From Octopus bimaculoides (taxonomy: Eukaryota), in NCBI RefSeq assembly GCF_001194135.2, contig NC_069000.1, positions 18,945,927 to 18,981,044 of the forward strand: DNA of 35,118 nucleotides, read 5' to 3'. Positions 11,359-22,108 of the stretch are shown here, piece after piece. Below the pieces are notes generated by a model. It worked only from the letters and a program-made list of their open reading frames with translations, was not told where the DNA came from and ran no database searches. The position numbers and the translations under genes are program-made. Numbering within the stretch: position 1 is the stretch's first letter; each line of letters begins with the position of its first letter.

Positions 11359-11804
11359 ACATTGACAGACATGAGTTATATTTTATTGAATGATTGTGTG
11401 TACTTGCACGTGTATGCGCTTGAGAGAGCGAGAGAGGAAGAGGGGGGAAAAAGGAATAGAGAACGCGTGATATATGTGTATAAGAACGCCGTTTCAGGTG
11501 GAAGGGAAGAAATATAAAAGTTGCTACAAACAACAGCCAAATCTCCCTTAAATCACACAAAGTAAACAGAATTAAAAAAATCTAATTACTGCACTGGAAA
11601 GTTCACATCGAGAAAATTCCATTGATGTAAAAAAATTTACGAAAAAGTGGAAAATGCGGATTTCTATAAACTTTTAAAAAGGCTTCACACAGACACACAA
11701 CTTCACGTTTATTATATATAAAATTATGTAATATAATATAAATAAATTATTGGATTGTCAATCGTATCTCTCTATTTAATTTATCTTTATATATATATTC
11801 TTTT

Positions 11805-11978
11805 ACTCTCTTTTTACTCTTTTACTTGTTTCAGTCATTTGACTGTGGCCATGCTGGAGCACCGCCTTTAGTCAAGCAAGTCGACCCCAGGACTTATTCT
11901 TTGTAAGCTTAGTACTTATTCTATTGGTCTCTTTTGCCGAACCACTAAGTTACAGGGACGTAAACACACCAGCATCGG
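11805..11978 (-). mobile_element. SINE 3' portion with (AAAAGAGT)n-type tail
   Basis: Minus strand: AGAATAAGTACT...GAATAAGTCCTGGGGTCGAC...GGCGGTGCTCCAGCATGGCCACAGTCAAATGACTGAAACAAGTAAAAGAGTAAAA. The core GGGGTCGA/AATAAGTAC resembles the SINE cores at 17345 and 33385. Confidence 0.7.
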
Positions 11979-14900
11979 TAGGTCCAGTGAGATTGTTGAA
12001 ATGTTACAGAAGAGTCATGCAGATATGTGCTGTGTGCAGGAAGTAAGATGGAGGAGAGCCTCTATTACATTCCTCATGCGTAAGGAACAAAGGCACAAAT
12101 TCTGGGTAGTTAGCAGTGATAGCATGGGTGGTGTAGGCATACTTTTAGCAGAGAAAAGTCATAGTGCATGATAAGATTGTTAAATTAAGACTAGTATTAG
12201 ATAATGCAATAGTAACATTTATCTCAGCATATGCTCCACAAACTGTACAAGCAGATGAACAAAACAACTCTTTCTATAAGGCCCTTCTGCAGACTACTTG
12301 AATGACAAATGACAATGGACTTATTACTACAGCTGGTGACTTCAACAGACGTGCTGGGAAGTAATCCAGTGGATATCATAGTGTACATGGAGGTTATGGA
12401 TTTGGTACTAGAAATGGAAGAACAAGGCTGCTGGAGTTCCGAGAGGCAAATAATTTGTTGATCTGCAACACTAACTTTAAAAAGCATACCAGCCACCTAA
12501 TCACCTATAATCTAGTGGGCACACAAGCCAGATTCACTTTTCCTGGTGAAACATAGGTTACTAGTTATTAATTTCAGACTTAGAGCTAGAAAGAGGACCA
12601 AATTTGTGACTGATGCAAACTTCCAGCTAGACCAATAGTGATTCAGTGGAAGGACAGCAAAGTAGACAGAGCTGTAGAGGCAAAGGGACAGACTTGTAAG
12701 GATTGGAAAACAGGGGATAGCATAAAACAATACTAGGTAGTTTAGAAAAGAAGCTAATATACAGGTATATTTAATGAAAGAAAAGTAAGAAAAAAAAAGG
12801 GTTTGCTAGTGTTCTGTGGCTTGAGGACCAGAGACACGAGATTCTCTGGAGTGCAAGGTGGTAATCTCAAAGAAAATCAAGGTGTTGTGGGACAGAAGTC
12901 TGTATGGATGGATAATGCTATGCTTGTACTTGGTGCTTCTGAAAAGAGACATGGAATTGTCATGATGAAAGGCTACTAAATGAAGTGAATGAATAAATGA
13001 AAAAGTGTCTTTTAAGTGTGAACCAAATGGAAGGGCCAAATATTCTAGTTGACAGCAGTATGACAGATGAAGCAATTAAAGATATGAAGACAAGGAAAGC
13101 TTCTGGTCCATCAGGAATTGCCAGTGAGATGTTTAAAACATACAGCTTAGTCACCTAAATAGTTAAAAGATTATAGGGGAAGGAATTATACCCAACAACT
13201 GGTGTAGGAGCATCATAGTCAACACTACAGGAGTAAAGGAGATGTCTTAGAAAAGTAATTTCAGATATATCAAATTGCTGGGCTAGGTCATGAAAGCTTT
13301 GGAGACTGTGACAACTCAATTAATCAGGAAGGGAGTTAGCCTAGATGAAATGCAGCTTGATTTAATGCCGGAAAGAAGTTCCAGTAATGCTCTCTCTTTA
13401 GTAAGACAACTTCAGGAAATATATCTAGCCGAAAGTAAACTACTGTACTTATCACCTTTCCCGCTGGAGAAAGCCTCTGACAAAGTCCCTGATCTGGTGG
13501 CCACAGTGGAAGCTAGAAGTAGATGAATGGTTGGTGAGAGCCATTCAAGACACGGATAGGGATGCTGTCAGGGAGGTGACAGTTAGTAACAACTACAGTA
13601 ATGAATTTAGCATGTAGGGGTTCAGTTCTCAGATCCCCTCCTATTTCTCATAGTCCCCCAGGCCATAATGGAAGAGTTTGAGATTGGTTACCCAAACTCC
13701 TCTATGCTGATGACCTTATTTTTATAGCAGAATCTAAAGTGGAATCAGAAAAGAAATTCCTGGTGTTGAGGCAAAACCTGGAATCAAAGAGCCTCAAAGT
13801 TAACTTAGCAAAGACTAAAGTTCTAGGAAACAAGAAAACAGACAGGATGCTAATCCTTTCAGGAAAATTGCCCTGTTTGATATGTAGAAAAGGTATAGAC
13901 AGAAATTCCATTAGGTGTACCCGGTGCAAACTACACATAAGAGATGCAGTGGAATTACAGGAAGATTAACAGAAAAAGTAGACTTTGTGGCAGATACATA
14001 GGAGCAGCAATAAATACAAAGAACACAGAAAGATTTTTAGAGGTTGTAGATAGTTTCTGTCATCTAGGACCTTAGCATGGAGGCAGATGTTCTAAAAGCA
14101 TAGTTGCTAAAATAAGAAAAAGCTGGAGAAAGTTCAAAGCTGTTAGCTCTGTTGGTAACAAAAAGTTTCTTTCTCATAGTGAAAGACAGAGGATATGCAT
14201 TTTCCACAGTATGTGCAACAAAGTACCAATGTGTTGAGAGAAAAGTTGGGCATAAGAGATATCATATGTGGTGTGCAAAAGGGAATACTGCACTGTTATG
14301 ATCATATGATGCATATGGACGAGGATAGCTGCTTAAAGAATGCCAATTGCTACATGAGGATGGAATCTTTAGAAGAGGGAAGTTCAGTAAAACAGGGGAT
14401 GAAATAGTGAGGACTGATCTAAAGATGTTCAACCTCACACAGGAAAATGGTAAAAGACTGAGATGATTGGTGATATGCTTTATTTGAGAAAACTTGTTCC
14501 TCACAGCAAAAATGTGGTTCTGACAAGTTTTCCTCAACAACTCATTTTCTAACACCCAGGTGCTGTAAATGTACCATTTACTCTCTAACACTTCACATCA
14601 TCACCCTATTACTGTCACTTATCACCTCCTCTCCCTAACCTGCTCCTATATTTACCATTGACTATATCACAATTTGTATTCCCCATTAACTACGTCCACC
14701 TCTATCCACATTTCTAACCATCAGTCACAAACGTTCTAACTTATTCTTTCCAATCTTTTCTTATTCTCTCTCCTGTATTCGCCTTGTGCCTTAAGAACAT
14801 GCCCTTACCATCTCTGTTCTGTCTTTCCAGCAGGTGTAGTCATGTATCTCCTTTCTAGCAAGATACCCATTCCTGTCCCTCTATCGTACTTTAACCTCTC

Positions 14901-15128
14901 AATACCTGGTATAAAGCCACTGTTTTCAATACTACACACCTACTCAATTGAGTAGGGATGTAGTATTGTCTTGTGTTGCAGATTACATGATAACATAAGT
15001 GCCAGTGCCATGAAAAAAGTACCTGGTATACTCTGCAAAGTGGTTAGCAGTCTTCTGGTTCATTAGTTCCTTTTGAACTGTCCAACCCATGCCAGCAAGG
15101 AAAATGGATGTTAAACAGTGATGATGAA
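11979..15128 (+). mobile_element. Near full-length decayed RTE-clade LINE (APE + RT + long 3' UTR + GAT tail)
   Basis: APE motifs EIVEML..DMCCVQEVRW, ISAYAPQ, AGDFN and GFGTRN..RLLEF. RT motifs KASGPSG, EKA.DKVP, LYADDL and FCHLG. C-terminal LHCYDHMMHMDEDSC. A CT-rich UTR and the tail repeat end at GATGATGA near 15128. Many stops and frameshifts. Confidence 0.88.
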
Positions 15129-15212
15129 GTCCACGTATAACAAAATATTGGTGTCACTTTGTCAATATTCAGCAGGATGGTATATTTAGTAAAAACCTGT
15201 TCTTTACATTAG

Positions 15213-15305
15213 ACGAATGTCATGGTATCCACAAGATGTTGATGCTAATCAGTCAATTAGTCATCATTCTTTACAGTGTGAATATGTTAGTGACAACAAT
15301 AATGT
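15213..15305 (+). CDS. Candidate 93-nt exon (unassigned)
   Basis: cctgttctttacattag|...|gtgagt. Open in two frames (RMSWYPQDVDANQSISHHSLQCEYVSDNNN or ECHGIHKMLMLISQLVIILYSVNMLVTTIM). No partner exons found. Confidence 0.2.
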
Positions 15306-15499
15306 GTGAGTGCATGGAGGAAAGATTTCATAAAGCCAGATCACAAATGATATTTATGTAACAAATGTGAGTAGGTTGTAGTCTTCACAGCCAAGAGGAA
15401 ATGTATACTCTAACCATGTGATATATCTGGGTTTCCAGTGTAGTTTAATTAGATTATCAGCTGTCAGGGGCTTGACGTTCATCAACTAGAATAACAGCA

Positions 15500-17170
15500 T
15501 CATAATCAACTGTTATAAGAGTAAAGGAGATATCTTAGGAGAAATTACAGAGGTATCAAATTGTTGGACCAGGTCATGAAAGTTACAGTGATGTAACTTC
15601 ATTAATTAGTGAGACTGAATGAAATGAAGTTCAGTTTTGTGCAAGGAAAAAATACTATGGATGCCATATTCCTTGTGAGAGAACTGCAGAAGTATTTAGC
15701 TTAAAGTAAACCACTGACAGGGCCCTTTGCACTGTGATCTGGTGGTTACTGAAGAGGTTTAGGGATAGATGAATAGTTTGCGAGAGCCATAGAAGCCATG
15801 CACAAGAATGCCAATAGTAAGGTCAGAGTTAACAATGAGGAGTTTCAGGTATAGGTAGAAGTTCATCAGCATTTAGTTTTCAGTCCCCTCCCTTTCTGCA
15901 TAGGAACAGGAGGGGGACATCCTGACCATAACACAAATTTAAGACTGATTGGTTGAGTGAACTCCTTTATGCCAAGGACTTTGTTATACTAGCTGAATCT
16001 GTAGTAAATTTAGAAAAAAAATACCAGGTGCCAAAACAAAACCTGGAATCAAAGGGCCTGAATATTAACTTAGCAAAATCTTAGGTTTTAGTAAGTAGGA
16101 AAACTGAGAGCCCTCTGCTTCCATCAGGAAAAACTCTATAGTGTACCTAATGCAAACTAAGGACACATACGGTGATACAATGGTATTAGATGCACAGGAG
16201 TAATAAATACTAAGAATGCATGGATAAGGGACTTTGTCAATTGCTTAGGAGGATCCCTAGAAATAGTAGGTAGCTTCTGTTCACTGAGTAACCTAATTAG
16301 CAGTGAAGAAGGTTATTCCAAAAGCATAGCTGCTAGAAAAAGAACAGGTTAGATAAAGTTCAAAGAATTTTTATATCTGTTTGTTCTCAAAGTGAAAAGC
16401 AGATTGTATGATGCATGTGTATGAACTTCAATGCCACATAGCAGTAAAATAGAGGTTCTGAATGCAGAGACATACAAAAACTAGAAGGAAATGAAGCTAG
16501 AATGTTCTCTTGGATGTGCAACAAAAGTGTGCAAGAGAGAAGATGTAATGCATATAGATGAGAGCAGCTATATAAAGAAAGTTCTGATCATTTAACCTGG
16601 ATGGAGTTTATGGACGAAGGTAACCCAGAAAGATGTAGACCAAAATAGTGAAAACTGATCTCAGGATTTCAAACTTCATGGAAGAAATGACAGAGGACCA
16701 GAGCACTGTATAGAAATACACAGTGCTCAAGAAGACCTACCTATCATGGGAAAACCGAGATTCTGAAAGTGTAATGTGAGTACACACAACTTGGCACCTT
16801 GCTCAATTTACCCCTGTAAAACCTTCTGCACCAATCTCTTACATGCCCATCACTGATTACTCCATTACTCTCTTAACTACTATAGTATTCTGCTGCTGTA
16901 ATAAAATTAGCAGAACTTCAAATTTTATCCTCTTTTGCTGTGCTACTATTTATTTCTTGTACAACTCAGAACCACCCTTCATTCTTAACATTGTCCCTCC
17001 TCACTCACATTTTTCATTGATCAGCCTTTCTGTATGACCTGTTATCTCTTTCTCTTCCTTGAACTACTTTGTCTTGACTCACCATTATGTACCTCTGACC
17101 ACCACCACTACCACTATAACTACATATCTCTTGTAACTAAAATGGTATTGCACCTTGATAAGACAACTTG
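15500..17170 (+). mobile_element. Decayed RTE-clade LINE (RT half plus 3' UTR)
   Basis: Collinear with 13220-14980: NYRGIKLLDQVMK, TMDAIFLVRELQ, LLYAKDLVILAES, VGSFCSL, GRGNPERC, then the same CT-rich UTR. Confidence 0.8.
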
Positions 17171-17344
17171 TGTCATCAAAATTCTTACTGCCATTGCAGT
17201 CTGCCTCATAAAAAGTATTTTATTGGTTTGTATTATATTTAGTTGGGATGGAAATTTTGGTTTACTAATTCAAAAATATTTTTTAATCACCATTAGTAAC
17301 TTTTGGTAGTTAACAATTAGTTACCTAAAGTATTGGTTCTTAGA

Positions 17345-17540
17345 TTGCTAGAATCATTAGAGCGCTAGACAAAATGCCTTGCAGTATTTCTTCTGGTTAT
17401 GTTCTAAGTTTGAATTCCACTGAAACTCTGCATTTCATCCTTTTGATGTTGAAAGAATAGCACAGAGTCAGGTACACAGGCCAATGTAATTGACTAAACC
17501 CACCTTTGCTGGCCTTGTGCCTATATTAAAAACAATTATT
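17345..17540 (+). mobile_element. Degenerate SINE (same family as 33385)
   Basis: AGAATCATTAGAGCGCTAGACAAAATGC...GTTCTAAGTTTGAATTCC (B-box-like)...GCATTTCATCCTTT...GGCCTTGTGCCTATATTAAAAACAATTATT. Confidence 0.65.
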
Positions 17541-18669
17541 AGCTTCCAGTAATCTTGGAATGATTTATCTTCATTTTTCTTACTTTTCTTCCTACACCTT
17601 ATTTCTAAGCCAAAATTTAATGGCCTGGCAAAGAAAATATTTATCTTTGTAGCTTATCTGCTTCAGAATTTGAGTAATTTGATGATTCACAGAAAGAAAG
17701 GAAATTGTTTTTACTCTCACAGTAAAAAGGTTATATATCAAATTGGCTTTACAATTGCATAAATTTAGCATTCATGTCTTTTAATACCCGTACATCTAAA
17801 TATTACTATTTTAATTCCAAAACCACTTTAATTAAAACTGTAGAAACTGAACTACAAAAGGCTACTTAACATATTTAACACTATTTTATTAAACAACATG
17901 ATTAAGGTGTTACTTTCATTCTAACTAGTTTCAAAAGAGGTTTGCACTTACATATCAAAAAAAAAATTAAACCATATAATGTCTTGAAATTATCTCCCCT
18001 TTTTCCTGAATTACTAATGGTTGTCATTAGGTTTCTTTCTCCAACAAAAGAGAAAATTTCAATTCATTTTTCCATGCACCATTTGATATTTATGTCATTT
18101 ATCATAATCCATATCAAAGACTTATTTGAATTCCATTCCCCAGAGTTTAAAGATAATTTTCCACTGAAGCTAATGCTAAAACTCTAAAGATATAAATGTT
18201 TACCCTCAAACTTATTAAAAAATATACTTAGACAATATTTTTATTCACAAACAGAAAAACACAAAAAAAAAAACATTTGACAATTTTATTGTATGTAGAG
18301 AATTGACGAACTAATAAAGAACTCCAAATTTTTGTTAACAATATCAACTGACCACTCCATAAGCTAAAACAGCTTTCAGAATCTTATTCAACTCATTCTG
18401 AAGAAGGGATCATAAAAGAATCAAATTCGAAAAGAAATCTAGCAACACTCCTGTTATCTATAAACCATATATTGTTTTATACTCCCACTAAATGGTTGCA
18501 TATGTCAGCAGACTAATGTGCATCACACATGTCATCATCTCCATCTTAACTGCCATTTGAACATATCTGTTTATGTCATATGGAATTTGTCCTAAAATAA
18601 CTATACTTACTTTCAGTAAACTTGTTAAAGTATCATAATCCATCGTATGATCTCTGAATTCTTTAACTT

Positions 18670-19680
18670 TGTAACTAGTTTATTAGTAAACTCCTAATCA
18701 AATTATATTTTATGTCCAAGTTAACAAATGCTAAGTACAGCAGTTTACTCTCAGCTAAATACTTCTCCTGTAACTGTTTCACTAAGGAAGAGTGTCTGTA
18801 ACACTTGTCTCTGACACAGAACCAAATTACATCTCATCTACGCTAACTATATCTAATTTATCAAGCTATTACTCTTTCAGTTACTTTCATAATCTGGTCC
18901 AGCAATTTATTACCTCTGTAATTTCCTCTCTCTCTAAGGTATCTACTTTATTGTTCTAACAGTCGATTATGATGCTATTACACCAGTTATTGGATATGAC
19001 ACTCTCCTGTACAACCTGATTAACTATATGGGTGACTAGGCTGTATCTTACACTGCCAGACATTTTAAGCATGTTAGCAGCAATTTCTGATGGCTCAAGA
19101 GATTTTCTTGCCTTTCTACATGTTAATTGCCATGTATCAACCCTTTGTTGGTTCTGTGTGCAATAATTCATCTGTTGAAAATTCTACAACATCTCAATTT
19201 TTTCTGATATACTACCTTGTAATCCAGAACACATGATTTTCGTTCTAATACAGTAGAACACTGGCAAACATCTTACTTTCTATGCCTCCCTTTGATAAAT
19301 AAAACTATTGCCTAGTTATAATTATCTTGTATAATTCTTTGCTGCTCCTATCTTTACAAGCCTGTCTCTTCACTTTTACAGCTGCCTACCTAACTGTTCC
19401 CCACCCATGTTGCTGGAAACCTTGCACCAGCAACAAATTTTGTCTGTAGGCCTCAGTATGTTGTCCTGTAAGAACTTCCCGTTGTCATTATTGCTTTAGG
19501 GAAAGCGGACGTTAAATGATCACTATTTCTTCCTCCTTTTGATCAAGTGCTTCAAATAGTACTTCTCTGAGTTTCTGACTGTTTAATGGATCTTTAAGCT
19601 TCCATATCTTCCTTTTCCATGCTGGTTTTTGTCTCTGAGTCTTTCTAGTTCTAAGTCTTCACTCAATAGCTATATCCATT
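18670..19680 (-). mobile_element. Decayed RTE-clade LINE fragment (APE-RT linker and RT start)
   Basis: The reverse complement matches 12560-13450: KRKIWKLKDP, KASEPSEIAANMLK, HIVNQVVQE..ISNNWCNSIIIDC, KLLDQIMKVT. Confidence 0.8.
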
Positions 19681-19719
19681 CAATAAAGAAAATACAGAGC
19701 AGGAATGGCAGCAGCAAAA

Positions 19720-20072
19720 TTTTAGTAACACTGGCCATTGCCAGTACCGCCTGACTGGCCTTCGGATGATTTTCGAGCGAGATTGTTGCCAGTGTCCCTG
19801 GACTGGCTCTTGTGCAGGTGACACATAAAATACACCATTTTGAGCGTGGCCGTTGACAGTACCACCTGACTGGCCTTCGTGCGGGTGACACGTAAAAGCA
19901 CCCACTACACTCTCTGAGTGGTTGGCGTTAGGAAGGGCATCCAGCTGTAGAAACTCTGCCAAATTAGATTGGAGCTTGGTGTAACCACCTGGTTCACCAG
20001 TCCTCAGTCAAATCGTCCAACCCATGCTAGCATGGAAAGCGGACGTTAAACGATGATGATGATGATGATGAT
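19720..20072 (+). repeat. RTE-type 3' tail repeat copy (young) with hairpin sub-repeats and (GAT)n tail
   Basis: Three GCCAGT-N8-ACTGGC-type units, then AGGAAGGGCATCCAGC, CCATGCTAGCATGG and GGACGTTAAAC(GAT)7. Confidence 0.9.
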
Positions 20073-20466
20073 TTCTCATACTTATCTAGAATAAATAAAT
20101 TTCATGAAGCTAAAGCTGTACTTTTTAAAGGAGAGAAAGAGAGAGAGAGCAAGTATTTCATCACCATCAACAACCACCACCAGTCTGGATTTGTAAGGCA
20201 GTATCAAGATAATTAAAACTGGTTTTCTTTATATCAAATTTTGTTACTTTTACATATTGGTAATCTTTGTTCCTATTGAATTATTCACTTTCATTATCAG
20301 TTGATTAAATTCATCAGACAAAAATATTATTCCCCTAAGGGTGTCAGAGGGTTGTTAGCTAACTCTAACTGAAAGGTACGCATGAAGGGAACAGCAAACA
20401 GAGAGAGCATTGAGCCCAATCTTGGAGATGGCATGAAGATAGATGTGAAAAGATTTTGTTAGCTAG

Positions 20467-20870
20467 ATGGAATGGATCAAACAACAGTGGCTGGAGTGTG
20501 TATGGAAAAAGTTCCAGGAATTGAGCGACATGCTAATGAAGAGAAGCATTGCTGAAATTGATGGAACAGTGTATGCTGCATGTAGGGGGAGTACTATGAT
20601 GCTGATAGAAAGAACAGAAATGAGAATGGTTTTTATGGATGAGCAGGAATATTACCAAGAGAGAGGAAAACAAAGAATTTCAGAGGATGATGAGAATAAA
20701 GCCAATGATGAAGGTTTTGAAGAGAATGGGATAAAATGGTTGGGTTGTGTGCTGAGGAAGAATGAAAATGACTGGATGAGAAGAGTGATGGAAATAAATG
20801 CAGAAGGAAGTAAAGAAAAGAAAACCCCAAAAGACAACTGAAGATGATGGTGGAGGAAAAGAGGGGAAGA
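20467..20870 (+). mobile_element. Old RTE RT C-terminal relic
   Basis: WKKFQELS.ML, GTVYAAC, ERTEMRMV and IKWLGCVLRK.ENDWMRRVMEINAEG resemble the RTE C-terminal LRWFGHV.R region. Confidence 0.7.
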
Positions 20871-21108
20871 TGGAGAAGACTGTCATGGTTAACTTTTGTT
20901 TTAGCAGGGAAAGTAACTTTAAACTGATTTTGTTGTTGGATACTTACTTACACATGCATACATGTGTGCATACATGCACACGCACACACGGTAACCTTCA
21001 CAAATGAAATAAACAGATTTGATTTGGAAAGACATAAAAACATTAATTAAAATATCTTTTTAGTATTTTAATATTTTAATGACTATAACCCTTCTGTAAT
21101 AAACTCAC

Positions 21109-21152
21109 CCAAAACTTTTTGTGGCTTATAACACCATGCAACCCAAAACAAC
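21109..21152 (-). CDS. Candidate 44-nt exon of unidentified host gene
   Basis: ctcatttaaatatgattag|GTTGTTTTGGGTTGCATGGTGTTATAAGCCACAAAAAGTTTTGG|gtgagt. Strong donor; open in two frames. Confidence 0.3.
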
Positions 21153-21405
21153 CTAATCATATTTAAATGAGAAAAAGAACACAAACTTGTTATTCTATTA
21201 GTATAACATGACTTCATTAGACAGTCTTTTTAAAATGGACTTTGTATTCTCCAAAGTCCTTGGATATTTTTTCCACATTGTCTTCTATAATGTTCTACAT
21301 TAGGAAAAACTGAATACCAGCTTCACATTGATTAATAATGAATCTGAATTTGAAGACTTTTCAAAAGATGTGACAGAAACACAAGAAAAATGCAACAAAC
21401 TTAAC

Positions 21406-21453
21406 CACATGCTTGAATATAGAACTCGATATGATCATTTCTGATGGTGATTC
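21406..21453 (-). CDS. Candidate 48-nt exon of unidentified host gene
   Basis: tttttattactgtag|GAATCACC...CAAGCATGTG|gttaag. Strong acceptor, weak donor. The phase-1 frame reads (G)ITIRNDHIEFYIQAC. Confidence 0.22.
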
Positions 21454-21734
21454 CTACAGTAATAAAAATAATGATAATGATTTTATACAAAAACAGAATT
21501 AAATGAAACTTTTTTTAAACATCTCTTTCAAAAATTTTCAGAAGAGATCAGACCTAGACATAGTCTTTCCATTCTTTTTGTATCTCCCCATCCCCTTATT
21601 AAAATGTTCTAGACAATAACTAGGGAAACACATCATTATGTAGACTAAATAAAGAATAAAAAAAAAGATACTTTTTAGTTTTATAAATACCTCAAAGGGA
21701 AAATTGCACACAATTTTACTATAAACATTATCTG

Positions 21735-21786
21735 GCAACCATCCAACCCATGCCAGAATAGAAGGCAGACATTAAACGATGATGAT
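21735..21786 (+). repeat. Very short RTE-type tail remnant
   Basis: CCATCCAACCCATGCCAGAATAGAAGGCAGACATTAAACGATGATGAT. Confidence 0.7.
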
Positions 21787-22108
21787 TAAGAAGCTACCCA
21801 AAATTACCAATTACAGGAGTGCTGATGAACACTTGGACAATCCTTGTTTCCAGTCTAATGGCTATAATGTATTTCTATAATGTTGTTCAGTATATTCATA
21901 TATGATGTACTTGTAGTACACCAGTAAGTGAGGAAGAACATTATGATCCTTAATTAAAATTGCCCAACAGGAACTAAGACTGTTTGTTTCCTAGTATCAA
22001 AGTGCAGAAGATTTGAGAGTACTGGATACTTCTATGCTTTAGTTTTTGTGAGAGAAGAGTCAGTAGTTAAGTTAGCATAGCCTAGGTTATGCTATGGTCT
22101 GGAAAATA

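Larger units (their letters stand above)
10245..11722 (-). mobile_element. Putative Helitron-like 5' region, decayed, with nested MITE
   Basis: The minus strand starts ATATATAATAAACGTGAAGTTGTGTGTCTG...AATCCGCATTTTCCAC, similar in style to Helitron 5' ends such as 22109. It continues with a CT-rich tract, TTAGGG-like repeats, an acceptor-like site and an MPPKKR ORF. No terminal TC or 3' CTAG is seen. Confidence 0.45.

Noticed and set aside
21304-21444. Plus-strand terminal exon EKLNTSF...RYDHF*
   Set aside because: It overlaps the minus-strand candidate exon, and no phase-compatible upstream plus-strand exon was found. Unresolved without RNA data.
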